The notes: generated by a model not told the origin, from the letters alone. A stretch of 64,000 bases of DNA from an uncultured Candidatus Saccharibacteria bacterium (GCA_964536265.1 CAZHVV010000003.1:33783-97782), one strand, 5' to 3'; positions 46,321-56,007 are shown, counted from the stretch's first letter. Program-made: numbers and translations.

Positions 46321-46521
46321 TTGTATAATTGGTATACGATGTACAACACAGAAGACGCCACACCTGTCGAAGAGAACCATGTTACTATCGGTTACCTGCT
46401 CAAGGTCAGCGAAGAGTATTGGCTCCCACTGACGGCAGACGGCAAACCTTGCGGGCCACCATCGTATCTCAAAGATGCTGAGAATACGGTTCATAGGTCT
46501 CACGACCAACCACTGACGTAA
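46321..46521 (+). CDS. Small hypothetical protein
   Basis: 66 aa ORF followed by a terminator hairpin. Confidence 0.35.
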   Translation: MYNWYTMYNTEDATPVEENHVTIGYLLKVSEEYWLPLTADGKPCGPPSYLKDAENTVHRSHDQPLT

Positions 46522-46535
46522 ATAAGTTCAACCAT

Positions 46536-46570
46536 AGAAAAAGGCCGGTCATAACGACCGGCTCTTTTCT
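46536..46570. terminator. Bidirectional intrinsic terminator
   Basis: gccggtc-ataac-gaccggc is flanked by an A-run on one side and a T-run on the other. Confidence 0.6.
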
Positions 46571-46647
46571 TGGTAGCGGGGGCAGGATTTGAACCTGCGA
46601 CCTTGTGGTTATGAGCCACACGAGCTACCGGACTGCTCTACCCCGCG
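46571..46647 (-). tRNA. tRNA with CAU anticodon, probably initiator fMet
   Basis: CGCGGGG TA GAGC AGTCCGGTA GCTC G TGTGG CTCATAA CCACA AGGTC GCAGG TTCAAAT CCTGC CCCCGCT A CCA. Positions 1 and 72 are unpaired (C/U). Confidence 0.8.
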
Positions 46648-46730
46648 GCATCAATGAGACAAATCGACGATTTTCTCATCTCGTTTATTCGTAAACGCGG
46701 TACTCATAGTACCCCAGTTTCATCTGTTAG

Positions 46731-47165
46731 TCAAGGCGAGCCGGCACGGCTCCCGAAAAAGAAACTCATCCATTTGCTCCAGTTGCTTTCATCGACTGCA
46801 GTGACTGTCGAAGTAGGCGTGACCGTCGTGACAGTATCTGTAATACCTTCAGACGAGGGCAGAATCACAAGATGTTCCCCTGGCTGCGCAAGCCCGAGCT
46901 TCTCCCGTGCACTCAGCTCAAGGAACTCATCACTCTTAAAATATGCCTGTTGATATTTGTAATTCTGGTTTTGTAACTTCGCAAGCTCAATCTTTTGGCT
47001 ATTAATATCAACATCTCGCTGATGCTGGTAATTCTTCTGCAGAGTCATAACAGCTCCCCATACCCAACTCAGTGCAACAATTAACGCAATCGCCAACCCA
47101 GCATTCTGAATCGTCACAAGGTGACGATAGCGGTTAACGAGATGCGACACACTGGGTAGCTTCAT
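46731..47165 (-). CDS. FtsB/DivIC-like septum formation initiator
   Basis: 144 aa with an N-terminal TM segment, a coiled coil (QKIELAKLQNQNYKYQQ) and EFLELSAREKLGLAQPGE. Confidence 0.6.
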   Translation of the reverse strand: MKLPSVSHLVNRYRHLVTIQNAGLAIALIVALSWVWGAVMTLQKNYQHQRDVDINSQKIELAKLQNQNYKYQQAYFKSDEFLELSAREKLGLAQPGEHLVILPSSEGITDTVTTVTPTSTVTAVDESNWSKWMSFFFGSRAGSP

Positions 47166-47285
47166 GTTTCTTTTTGAATAATTCCTTCGAAGATACTATA
47201 GCTTTTCTTGCACTATTTGACTAGCTCTTCATCTGTTATACTGAATTAGCGTTAACCAGTTATTTTATGATTTACTTCTGGTCAC

Positions 47286-47361
47286 GGGGCTGTAGCTCAG
47301 TGGTTAGAGCAGCGGGCTCATAACCTGTTGGTCGAAGGTTCAATCCCTTCCAGCCCCACCA
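47286..47361 (+). tRNA. tRNA with CAU anticodon, candidate tRNA-Ile2 (lysidine substrate)
   Basis: GGGGCTG TA GCTC AGTGGTTA GAGC A GCGGG CTCATAA CCTGT TGGTC GAAGG TTCAATC CCTTC CAGCCCC A CCA. Confidence 0.85.
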
Positions 47362-47387
47362 GAAGCAAGTTATAAAAGGTTTAATCA

Positions 47388-47422
47388 AAAACAGCGCCGA
47401 GCAGTAACTCAGCGCTGTTTTA
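47388..47422. terminator. Hairpin terminator shared by the tRNA (+) and the convergent membrane protein gene (-)
   Basis: acagcgc-N13-gcgctgt with flanking A and T runs. Confidence 0.5.
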
Positions 47423-47434
47423 TAGACATATATA

Positions 47435-47839
47435 CTATACGTCGCTACGAGCGCTACCAAGCGCGAAGAGCTTCGTAAGACCCCAGCCGACAAGTGCGTA
47501 AATCGCAATTGCTACAACTGAACTCACCTCGAACGTAAATTGGCCATATGTTGGCTGATAATTAAATAGCCCAAAGAATGGTGCTGCGAAGAATCCACCT
47601 ACACCATAAATCAGGTCAACGAAAGCATTGCCTTCATTTGCTGCAAGCATCAGTAGAACTATACGTAACACAATAAATGTCACGATAAACCCTACGATAT
47701 ACCAGATGATGCGTGCTGCCATCACTGAAGTTGGTGCTGTCACACCTTCACTAACCTTCTGTCGTTCGACAGTTGTATTACCAACCTGGTCAACACTTGT
47801 CTCGACGTCGCGCGTCACTTCCTGTCTATCTGCTACCAT
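47435..47839 (-). CDS. YggT-like small membrane protein
   Basis: 134 aa: LRIVLLMLAANEGNAFVDLIYGVGGFFAAPFFGLF...FEVSSVVAIAIYALV. Confidence 0.45.
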   Translation of the reverse strand: MVADRQEVTRDVETSVDQVGNTTVERQKVSEGVTAPTSVMAARIIWYIVGFIVTFIVLRIVLLMLAANEGNAFVDLIYGVGGFFAAPFFGLFNYQPTYGQFTFEVSSVVAIAIYALVGWGLTKLFALGSARSDV

Positions 47840-47926
47840 ATACTCCTCCTTCTGCCGTTACCTTGTGACTTTACTCTAGCACGTTGGCATGAAGAAAGAT
47901 GTGAGCTACATCACTTGTTATGATAT

Positions 47927-48373
47927 TTATTCATCATCACCACGTCGTCTCTCGCCCGCCGCATAGTCAGCAGCCCAGTTCCCACTGCCTGGTATCGTTG
48001 GGGCTGGACGAACTATACCCGTTGCAACAACTGCAAGATGTGACTGCATTTTACCTTTAATATGCTGTGTCACAAGATCATTTTGAGCATAGATAGTATC
48101 TTTTTCTTCCTCAGTCAATCCGAAGTCTTTGAGGTGAAGCAGAAACAGTCCAAGTCCTTTATAGTCACGTAATGTACCATCAGGAAGTTCAATATGCACA
48201 GGAGTATTCGACTTTCTATCGGCTACAAAATCATCAACAGTGTTCAATACTGCCTCAAGTACATAAGGGTAATTTGGCGAACACGTTTCAAAATCAAGTT
48301 TAATTTCTGATGCATCAGAAGGCATAACTAGTCGTTGTTTCTCGCTGAAAGATGAATCAGAAATTACATCCAT
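47927..48373 (-). CDS. Hypothetical protein
   Basis: ATG 48373 (MDVISD...) is preferred over the track TTG at 48391. No family recognised. Confidence 0.45.
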   Translation of the reverse strand: MDVISDSSFSEKQRLVMPSDASEIKLDFETCSPNYPYVLEAVLNTVDDFVADRKSNTPVHIELPDGTLRDYKGLGLFLLHLKDFGLTEEEKDTIYAQNDLVTQHIKGKMQSHLAVVATGIVRPAPTIPGSGNWAADYAAGERRRGDDE

Positions 48374-48423
48374 AAATTTATTATAACACAACCATTATAG
48401 TTTTGTCAATATCATCACCATCC

Positions 48424-48458
48424 CAAAAGCCCCCGCTATAGAGGCGGGGGCTTATTTT
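48424..48458 (-). terminator. Intrinsic terminator
   Basis: gcccccgc-tatagag-gcgggggc, with a T-run on the minus strand. Confidence 0.65.
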
Positions 48459-48510
48459 GGCACCTGTTTGTTTGCTACTAGCGTAGCACCAAACTGGTTA
48501 CGTTTGCAAA

Positions 48511-48729
48511 TTAGACTTCTTCTTTGCGAATCTTTCGGATTGTCAAGAAACCATTGCGTGGGTTCTCTGTAACTTCGTACCCTGCTGGTAGTTCTGTTGG
48601 TTCACCCTTGCCGCCTACTGCTTTTGCGAAAAAGTAGATGGTTTGGTTTTTGCCACCACGAAGTACGACATCTTTCTTGTGCAAGAAATATTCTACCCCT
48701 TTTGAGTTGGTGTGTGCGTAAGCTGCCAT
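48511..48729 (-). CDS. Small hypothetical protein
   Basis: 72 aa with RBS AAAGGAGGA. Confidence 0.5.
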   Translation of the reverse strand: MAAYAHTNSKGVEYFLHKKDVVLRGGKNQTIYFFAKAVGGKGEPTELPAGYEVTENPRNGFLTIRKIRKEEV

Positions 48730-48797
48730 AGACAGTTATCCTCCTTTAAACACTTAACAACTATTAAGATACCTCTGTTCACTAGGGGTGTCAACAC

Positions 48798-49439
48798 TTA
48801 TATATCAGAATAATGACGCTTTAAGAGAAGGCGAAGCACAATCACCCCTGTTATTCTGAAAAGAATCAGGAGTAAAATAATCGCGCAAAATGCAACGCTT
48901 ATACCGGCCGCATCGAGAGACCACAGCGGTGACATGAAATCAACCTTGTAGAGTTCAGGGCGTGGCAATTCAAGTTCCGAAACGAGATTTCCAGTCCCAC
49001 CAAGAGCGCTTACCTTGTCGAGAACACACTGGACATACCTACCTGACTGCGACTGGCACTCAAGGGCGGCCTGCTGATATATCTGACTATTTGGGTTTGA
49101 CGTATCTTGGGCGGCCTGCATGGCAGCCTCGCGAGCTCTTTCATACGAAGCAGAGAGGTAGAAACCGCCGTTTAGGCTCGTGTTCATATGATGCGTAACG
49201 TAGCGCTGTAGCTCACTGAGTTCTGATTTCAATACTTCGCTATCTCCTTGCTCATCTGCGGTCAGTACGGCCTCACGGCGCTCAAGCATAGCCAGGTTAT
49301 TTAGACGCAACAGCGTAGCCGAGATAATAAGGCTAAGGAGCAGTACTACAACTAACTGCCACGTTTTGACACGTTTCAACTGCTGCAAAGTGTGACGCAG
49401 CTTTTCCTGGTACGTGCGAGCCGATGTTCCCCACCTCAT
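48798..49439 (-). CDS. Membrane-anchored hypothetical protein
   Basis: 213 aa with one TM segment near each end. Confidence 0.5.
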   Translation of the reverse strand: MRWGTSARTYQEKLRHTLQQLKRVKTWQLVVVLLLSLIISATLLRLNNLAMLERREAVLTADEQGDSEVLKSELSELQRYVTHHMNTSLNGGFYLSASYERAREAAMQAAQDTSNPNSQIYQQAALECQSQSGRYVQCVLDKVSALGGTGNLVSELELPRPELYKVDFMSPLWSLDAAGISVAFCAIILLLILFRITGVIVLRLLLKRHYSDI

Positions 49440-49459
49440 ATTGTTCCTAGTATATACGG

Positions 49460-50683
49460 TTAGTTATCTGTTCGCAAAGTTGGGAAGCCGTTGCAGAGCA
49501 GAAGGAACGTGACGCCGCTCATCACCATGAAGCTTATTTGCATACCGAGTACTTCGCCAAATTGCCAAATCAACCACGCTGTTAGCAGAGCGAGGAGTGT
49601 TGCGCCAATACACGCAGCTATGCGCATGATGGCAATATATACTATCCGGTATCCCGGTAGATTATCGGCCATATCAAATTCGCTGCGAATATACGGCATC
49701 TGGTATGCGCTCGTGCCGACTTCATTGGCTGAATTTAACATCACAACCCCTATTGGTGTACCGATTAGCGAACGGCTAGCATGCACAAATGAATTAATCA
49801 CGACCCCAGTCTGGAATAACTCCCTACCGCGTCGTCGGTCAATTAAGACACCGTAGAGGCGAGTAACAATAAGTGAGACAACGAGCGAAATCGACAGCAC
49901 AATACCAAGTTTTGCATACACTGAGTCGCTTTCAGTGCCAAAAACAGCAATGGCAACAAATATTGACCAGGTAGCGCCCGAAACAAGCATGTCCGCACCG
50001 CTGGCACCAGCAGAAAAGAGCTGCAGACGAATCTTTTTCCACGGTAGACCATGGTAGATAACTTTTTGCTTCCGAGGGATGAGTTCTGGTGTTATAAACA
50101 GAGGCACTGCTGAGGCAATCGACAAAATTGCCGCCATCCACATGGTGTTCTCTGGACCAAAAATGTACGCGATGAACCCACCAACCATAGGCGCAATTCC
50201 AGTGCCAAATTTTTCAACTATGTGTAGCCAGCCAATCTCTTTCCCTTCGCGGTTGTCGTTCTTTATGCTCGAGAAGTGCATGTCTGATGCAATAGCGAAC
50301 AGTGAAATCGAAATAGCTTGAAAAATAAAGTATCCCAAGACGGCAAAGAGTGTATATTCCTCAATCATCGTCAGCGCGATGAGTGAAGGTACGGCAAATA
50401 TATTACTGGCAAGTGTTGCACGTTTTGGGCCAACCCATGCGATATAGAATGGCAAGAAGAAGGAAATGATTGTCCTAAGAAAGTAGTAGCCGGCAAGGAG
50501 TAACATGATTTCAACCAGACTGTATCCGTTCTGATAGAGGAAAATCGACACAAAAACACTCACCATGCTCTGAGACACGTTTCGCAAAAAGCGCGCAGCA
50601 TAGAGCTCGCCTAGCTCAGCAAAGGGCGCTGTACGCCAATATGCTCGTACCGGCATAATTGAGTGAAAAAAAGGAAATCTCAT
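49460..50683 (-). CDS. MFS-type transporter
   Basis: 407 aa with about 12 TM segments. Confidence 0.7.
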   Translation of the reverse strand: MRFPFFHSIMPVRAYWRTAPFAELGELYAARFLRNVSQSMVSVFVSIFLYQNGYSLVEIMLLLAGYYFLRTIISFFLPFYIAWVGPKRATLASNIFAVPSLIALTMIEEYTLFAVLGYFIFQAISISLFAIASDMHFSSIKNDNREGKEIGWLHIVEKFGTGIAPMVGGFIAYIFGPENTMWMAAILSIASAVPLFITPELIPRKQKVIYHGLPWKKIRLQLFSAGASGADMLVSGATWSIFVAIAVFGTESDSVYAKLGIVLSISLVVSLIVTRLYGVLIDRRRGRELFQTGVVINSFVHASRSLIGTPIGVVMLNSANEVGTSAYQMPYIRSEFDMADNLPGYRIVYIAIMRIAACIGATLLALLTAWLIWQFGEVLGMQISFMVMSGVTFLLLCNGFPTLRTDN

Positions 50684-50762
50684 GTTTGTTTTGTTGTTAA
50701 ATTGTTCACGTCTATTTAACCACGTATTCCCTCTTATGTTAAGGCAGATGTATACTTTACAT

Positions 50763-52034
50763 ATGAGAATATATTTTTCTGGCGTTGGCGGGGTCGGTAT
50801 TGGACCATTGATGGAGATTGCTCGTGATGCTGGTTACGACGTTGTGGGCTCTGACAGTACTGCAAGTCACATGACCGAACAGTTAGCTGAGACCGGTTTC
50901 AATATACAAATCGGCCAAGACGGCTCACAGATTTCAGCAGCCCATCTTAGCTCTCCTATTGAGTGGTTTTGTCACACGTCTGCTTTACCCGAGAATCATC
51001 CTGAACTAGTATTCGCACGCGAGCACGGCATCCGTACAAGTAAACGCGACGAACTATTGGCAGAAATCTTGCGAGAAAAGAACTTGAAGCTTATCGCTGT
51101 TGCAGGCACGCACGGGAAAACGAGCGTCACAAGTATGTTTATATGGGCGTTCAAACAGCTCGGTATCCTTGTCAGTTATTCAGTCGGGACAACGTTAAGC
51201 TTTGGGCCAAGTGGGCAGTACGTCAAAGACAGCGAGTACTTCATTTATGAATGTGACGAATTCGACCGCAATTTCCTGCACTTCTCGCCTTCGCTCTCAG
51301 TGCTACCGTCGATTGACTATGACCACGCCGACACGTACCCAACACCAGATGACTACCACCAAGCATTCGTACAGTTCATGCAGCAGTCTGAACTGAATCT
51401 TTTATGGGAAAAGGACCTCCAACATTTATTGCAACCTGACATTGCCGCCAATTACGAAGCGTATGACGAATTGATGGACCTCACAGTATTTACACTTGCC
51501 GGAAACCACGTGCGCCACAATGCATACCTCGTGAAACAAGCTATTGTAAAACTATTCCTTGACCTCGACGAGCAGGCCGTCATCAGTGCACTGAACTCGT
51601 TCCCTGGCTCTATGCGACGGTTTGAAAAACTCGCTGACAACCTATACAGCGACTATGGACATCATCCTGTGGAAATCGACGCGACGCTTGAGCTTGCGCG
51701 CGAGTTATCCGACCACGTCGTGCTTGTGTACCAACCGCACCAAAACCGACGCCAATACGAACTTCGCGATGCATACAGCAGTCAATTCACACGTGCGGAA
51801 AAAATATATTGGGTACCGACGTATTTGAGTCGTGAAGACCCAAATCAGCCAGTATTGAACCCTGAAGAGCTATCGAAAAACCTCACGAATCGTGAAGCAG
51901 TGGAAATAGCCGAACTTAACGACCGACTCTGGGATAAGCTACAAGATGCACGAACCAACGGCAAACTTGTCCTCTGTATGGGCGCCGGCGATATTGATGC
52001 CTGGGTACGACAACAATTGACAAAACAGGTATAA
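50763..52034 (+). CDS. murC: Mur ligase, MurC-like (UDP-N-acetylmuramate--L-alanine ligase)
   Basis: MRIYFSGVGGVGIGPLMEIARDAGYDVVGSD and the P-loop VAGTHGKTS. ATG 50763 is preferred over the track start at 50682. Confidence 0.75.
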   Translation: MRIYFSGVGGVGIGPLMEIARDAGYDVVGSDSTASHMTEQLAETGFNIQIGQDGSQISAAHLSSPIEWFCHTSALPENHPELVFAREHGIRTSKRDELLAEILREKNLKLIAVAGTHGKTSVTSMFIWAFKQLGILVSYSVGTTLSFGPSGQYVKDSEYFIYECDEFDRNFLHFSPSLSVLPSIDYDHADTYPTPDDYHQAFVQFMQQSELNLLWEKDLQHLLQPDIAANYEAYDELMDLTVFTLAGNHVRHNAYLVKQAIVKLFLDLDEQAVISALNSFPGSMRRFEKLADNLYSDYGHHPVEIDATLELARELSDHVVLVYQPHQNRRQYELRDAYSSQFTRAEKIYWVPTYLSREDPNQPVLNPEELSKNLTNREAVEIAELNDRLWDKLQDARTNGKLVLCMGAGDIDAWVRQQLTKQV

Positions 52035-52097
52035 TTTGTTATAATACATCTCGTTCTGTTCATAGGCTCATCGAGCCTCGACGAAAGTGAGATTGAA

Positions 52098-52493
52098 ATG
52101 GCCGACGAGGCCCGAAGGCCGGTGCCCATCACCGCGCTCAGCCAACTGGAAGTTGGCAAGGATTACATGATGATGGCGGATGAAACGAATTGCTCAATCC
52201 GCGTCATCACGCCCGGAGCATCGCCGTTGTGCGTCCTCTACGGTGATTTTCGCCACGACGGTCTCACCAGTCCGAGCATCAACCCCGCCCCAATGGTGGT
52301 GCAGCTCGTCGGCTGGATGGCCTTCACGCCTTCTCAGGGTCGAGCCGAGCACCCGTTGCGCCTCTCCGAATCGTTCATCTCGTTCGATCAGAAGCCCGAG
52401 GGTGGTGCGTACCTGGTAGCAGCCTGGATAACCCCTGGCATGGACTACCACGTCGAGCTCATCGCGTGCGAGCCACGAATCACTGAGATGTGA
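52098..52493 (+). CDS. Hypothetical protein encoded by a GC-rich insert
   Basis: 131 aa. Third codon positions in this frame are mostly G or C. Two other long ORFs overlap it on both strands, which is typical of high-GC DNA. Confidence 0.5.
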   Translation: MADEARRPVPITALSQLEVGKDYMMMADETNCSIRVITPGASPLCVLYGDFRHDGLTSPSINPAPMVVQLVGWMAFTPSQGRAEHPLRLSESFISFDQKPEGGAYLVAAWITPGMDYHVELIACEPRITEM

Positions 52494-52561
52494 CAGAACA
52501 TGCCGAGGTCGGAGCGTGGTCGGAAGACCCCTCCGCCTCGGCGGTTCCCAAAGTTCATGAA

Positions 52562-53236
52562 CTATTCGTGAATTTCGGAAGCCGACAGAAAGTACGTAGG
52601 TAAACCTTCGGACATAAACTTTGTTTCGTATGTCGTCATGATTTTATAATCATCGGATAGTGAAGAAGCATGAAGGTCGCGAGTCATCTCGTCTATATGC
52701 CATTTATTTGCTTTTAGTTCTTCGACTGACCAGTCAAACAGGGCTTCATTGTCAGTTTTCATATACAAATGTGCATGTTTAGCCACGTGCGCATTTTTGT
52801 ATATTTCTAAAAATCTCCTGTAGGTCAGGCGACGCTTTGCATCACGCTGGCGTGAAAATGGGTCGGAAAATGTTAGCCAAATATCGCTCACCGAGTGAGG
52901 CTTCACGACTTCAAGTAATTGGTCTGCTCGCGCACGCACGAAATATGTATTCGTCAGTCCCCGCTCCAGTGCCAACCGCGCTCCTCGTTGCAGACGGTCA
53001 GCTTTGACATCAAGTGCGACGAATTGCTTGTCAGGGTATCTGCTGGCAAGTTCAATAGTAAACAGCGCTGTACCTGCACCCACCTCAACCACAATTTCAC
53101 CGTTTGAGGTTTTGAGCGGTTTCCAGTCCTTAAGTTCGAAACAGTTTTCGGCATTTGAAAAAAGCGCGAAACGATACAATTTTCGTTTGCGCGTGATGAT
53201 AAACTTGTCTGGATTAAGTAGCGTTTTCTTTCCCAT
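52562..53236 (-). CDS. trmB: tRNA (guanine46-N7)-methyltransferase TrmB
   Basis: 224 aa: VEVGAGTALFTIELA, ALDVK, FSDPF...RR. Confidence 0.85.
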   Translation of the reverse strand: MGKKTLLNPDKFIITRKRKLYRFALFSNAENCFELKDWKPLKTSNGEIVVEVGAGTALFTIELASRYPDKQFVALDVKADRLQRGARLALERGLTNTYFVRARADQLLEVVKPHSVSDIWLTFSDPFSRQRDAKRRLTYRRFLEIYKNAHVAKHAHLYMKTDNEALFDWSVEELKANKWHIDEMTRDLHASSLSDDYKIMTTYETKFMSEGLPTYFLSASEIHE

Positions 53237-53241
53237 TGAAA

Positions 53242-53595
53242 CTATTCGGACGGCACTATCTTCAGTTGGTCGTCATTGAGCGCATCACCGTCAAACTTGC
53301 CGAGTGCGTTGAGTGCTTGTCGCTTTTTATCGTATAACTTTTGAAAATCTTCAATATCTTTTGAATTCAGTGTGCCGTTCGCGTCAAAAGTCGTTGCTTC
53401 ATCCTTCACGACGGATTTGCGTAATGACTCATAGCCTGGCCGGCTAATATCGAGACGTGACACGTCGCTATAGTTATAAATTGTCATACTTATAACTGTC
53501 AGGACGACGCAAACACTAATACTGATAAGCAAAGCGAGCAGCAAAAGGTGTGTCTCGAAGAAATGGCGAATACGCCTGAGGAGTCGTTGTATCAT
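53242..53595 (-). CDS. Membrane-anchored hypothetical protein
   Basis: 117 aa with an N-terminal TM segment. It overlaps the upstream gene by 4 nt. Confidence 0.45.
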   Translation of the reverse strand: MIQRLLRRIRHFFETHLLLLALLISISVCVVLTVISMTIYNYSDVSRLDISRPGYESLRKSVVKDEATTFDANGTLNSKDIEDFQKLYDKKRQALNALGKFDGDALNDDQLKIVPSE

Positions 53596-54104
53596 TGTTC
53601 GGCTACCCCTTGTTTGATGGAAGTAAGGCTCGTTTGGTAACGGTCAAGTAAGAGGTCGAGGTCGCGAACACGTTTGTTGAGGTCGGAACGTTTTTGGCGT
53701 GTCTGTACGAGGCTGTCATGGAACAAGGCTGGGTTTTGACGACAGTCGATATTGATAGTTGTGCTGATACTTTCGTCGTAATCAGTGTAGAGAGTACTAA
53801 ACGTTTTGAGGCTCTCTTTGTATTCGTTTGTGATAGTGGTAAGTTCTGGCGCATCGATTTTATTCGTCGAGGCGCGGGTGTTGAAGTTTTCTAGTAGTTT
53901 CAAAGTTGACTCGTAAAGATACCCGCGGTTTATACGCGTTGGTTTTTCATTCTGCTGAATTTGTTGCAAGACAATCTGCGCATTGACACAGTTTGTACGT
54001 ATGGCGTCGAGCTGTACGTCATTCAACGTCTCAGCATCGACACGAGCAACAGGTGCGACTAGTACAAGCGCAGCTACGGCAAAAATAAAGAGAGGTCGTC
54101 TCAT
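53592..54104 (-). CDS. Secreted hypothetical protein
   Basis: 170 aa with a signal peptide. Confidence 0.45.
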   Translation of the reverse strand: MRRPLFIFAVAALVLVAPVARVDAETLNDVQLDAIRTNCVNAQIVLQQIQQNEKPTRINRGYLYESTLKLLENFNTRASTNKIDAPELTTITNEYKESLKTFSTLYTDYDESISTTINIDCRQNPALFHDSLVQTRQKRSDLNKRVRDLDLLLDRYQTSLTSIKQGVAEQ

Positions 54105-54136
54105 GCGTATAATTATCGTCTATCGGAGTCTCTGGG

Positions 54137-54382
54137 TCAAACAAATAGCTCGTCTATGGCCTTCGCAAGTGCATAGTGGCGGCCAGACGCGTCATCTGGG
54201 ATAGTCACGGTGAGTTTGTGAGCTGTCAGCATAACTTCTGGTTCATAGCCGACTTGTTCGGCAACATCTGCGAGCATTGAGACAAGCGCGAGACCTGCGC
54301 GAAAGCCATTTGGCGTAAATACTCGCACCAATCCGCTCCCATCAACGTCTGACCATTCAATATCTATTTCGTTTTCTTTCAT
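54137..54382 (-). CDS. Possible pterin-4a-carbinolamine dehydratase (PCD/DCoH)-like protein
   Basis: 81 aa: W...LVRVFTPNGFRAGLALVSMLADVAEQVGYEPEVMLTAHKLTVTI. The canonical HHP is replaced by YEP. Confidence 0.4.
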   Translation of the reverse strand: MKENEIDIEWSDVDGSGLVRVFTPNGFRAGLALVSMLADVAEQVGYEPEVMLTAHKLTVTIPDDASGRHYALAKAIDELFV

Positions 54383-54479
54383 AAGTTTATTATAGCGGGT
54401 TGTATATTAATATTGGAATACGTATTAACCCGCCCCTTGGTGGACGTAGTTCAAATTTACGAACCGGTATCAGACAAAA

Positions 54480-55673
54480 TTATTCTGCCAGTTTTAGAGC
54501 AGGCAGATCTAGGTTAATCTGTTTTTGCTTGCCTTTCTTACTGACAATTAGCGCAAAGTCCTGAGAATCCTTCGGCACAGTTAGCGTGAAATTGCTATAG
54601 CGTGATTGTCTTGCGAGCAAGTCATTAATTTGGGTGTTAGGGGTAACGCTTTCTTGTATTTCTGAGCCGTCAATCCTAAAAGAGTAGTCTCTGATAGACA
54701 TAGGCCTATTTGTCATATTCTCTATGAAGTAATGGACTATCACATTTTTCATATCCGCGAATCGTGCGGCAGTCTGGGCACACAGGTTCCAAGCATTAAA
54801 ATTACTTATAGGGTGGTTGTAGGATATTGATATTGGTGGAATATCCTTGATGTCTATTTTGTCACAGTCACTTGCAAGTCGCTTTGGGGATATCTCTTTA
54901 TTCTGGACTTCACTTACAGTAACTTTTATATCGTCAAAATATAGAGATTGACTCTGTTTGTAAACGTCCTTGCTGCCAAACAGGCTGGACTGTTTGAAAT
55001 TATTGTATTGATAATAGTCAAGCCCAACATACCCAATGGTTAACACTAACAGCGAGGCCAGCACAACGAGGACTGGGAAAATATACTTTCTTGACTTATG
55101 CTTCACATGGCTTGATACGTGAGTGCTTTGCTGAGGCTCTGAGGCCGGAGCTTTTTGAACATCTTTCCATGTTTTGGCCTCTGATTTTGTTGTTGGTTTT
55201 GTCCCAAAAACAACCCGAACCCTCTTAGAGAAAATCCAATAGAATAGCCAAATAAAGCTGCCGACTGAGATTACGGTGTCATTAACGGAGTATGTGCCGC
55301 TTAGTCGAGCAATATCTGATAATTGCGTCGCGAGGGCCATCCCGCCGACAATCACCCAGCTCTGCGTTATTATTGCAAACAACCTTGTCTGATAATGCTT
55401 CTTAAAAATCAGAGTAAACAGCACGAAATTGAGAATAATAAGTGAACCAAGGTATAAACGTCCATAAACAATATGTGATTGTATACTGTCAAAAACTAAT
55501 GGGTCATAGTCTGAGGAGTTTATTAATAGATATTGTACAAAGTTATATATTATTATTATTTGTGATAATGCTAGAAGCACTATATAAAGTGCCAGGGCAC
55601 CCTCTATTTTGCGGCTAAAAGTCTTAGTAGTTGTTTTACCTTTGTTCCTGGGAGCGTCATCAGTAGAAAACAT
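54480..55673 (-). CDS. Membrane protein with a C-terminal extracytoplasmic beta domain
   Basis: 397 aa, AT-rich coding, with about 5 TM segments and a DUF4352-like C-terminal style. Confidence 0.45.
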   Translation of the reverse strand: MFSTDDAPRNKGKTTTKTFSRKIEGALALYIVLLALSQIIIIYNFVQYLLINSSDYDPLVFDSIQSHIVYGRLYLGSLIILNFVLFTLIFKKHYQTRLFAIITQSWVIVGGMALATQLSDIARLSGTYSVNDTVISVGSFIWLFYWIFSKRVRVVFGTKPTTKSEAKTWKDVQKAPASEPQQSTHVSSHVKHKSRKYIFPVLVVLASLLVLTIGYVGLDYYQYNNFKQSSLFGSKDVYKQSQSLYFDDIKVTVSEVQNKEISPKRLASDCDKIDIKDIPPISISYNHPISNFNAWNLCAQTAARFADMKNVIVHYFIENMTNRPMSIRDYSFRIDGSEIQESVTPNTQINDLLARQSRYSNFTLTVPKDSQDFALIVSKKGKQKQINLDLPALKLAE

Positions 55674-55755
55674 TATGTCTTAAATATAGCACTATTATGT
55701 CAATAAAAATAACTGATGACTATCCCATTACAGTAAGGAGGTATAAGATCATAGT

Positions 55756-56007
55756 ATGAATCAGTCAAAGATCAAAGAGCTTGCAGCTAGTCTTGAAAAT
55801 ATTAGGCAGCAAAACCCTTCACGAGACCCACCGACCGTTCTGACGAAAGAACTCGGGATAATACAGGGAGAAATCCTCATAGAACTTATCACTACACTAA
55901 CCGAACTAGATGCCTCAAACAAGAAGTTAGCCAGATCCAATCTTTGGCTTCAACTGTTTGTTGCTATCTTGACCCTCGTAACGGTGTTCATCACATTTGT
56001 AAGATAA
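55756..56007 (+). CDS. Small protein with a C-terminal TM segment
   Basis: 83 aa. Confidence 0.4.
   Translation: MNQSKIKELAASLENIRQQNPSRDPPTVLTKELGIIQGEILIELITTLTELDASNKKLARSNLWLQLFVAILTLVTVFITFVR

Noticed and set aside
46654-46953. 99-aa plus-strand ORF
   Set aside because: It overlaps the FtsB/DivIC-like gene on the opposite strand, which has a recognisable TM plus coiled-coil layout.
47272-47508. 78-aa minus-strand ORF
   Set aside because: It runs straight through the tRNA-CAU gene (47286-47361) and its terminator.
52180-52451. Two extra ORFs (52180-52419 plus strand, 52194-52451 minus strand) in GC island 1
   Set aside because: Stop-poor high-GC DNA generates long ORFs in many frames. 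Only the 52098 frame shows strong G/C bias at third positions. The same logic was used to choose 57745-58251 among the five ORFs in island 2.
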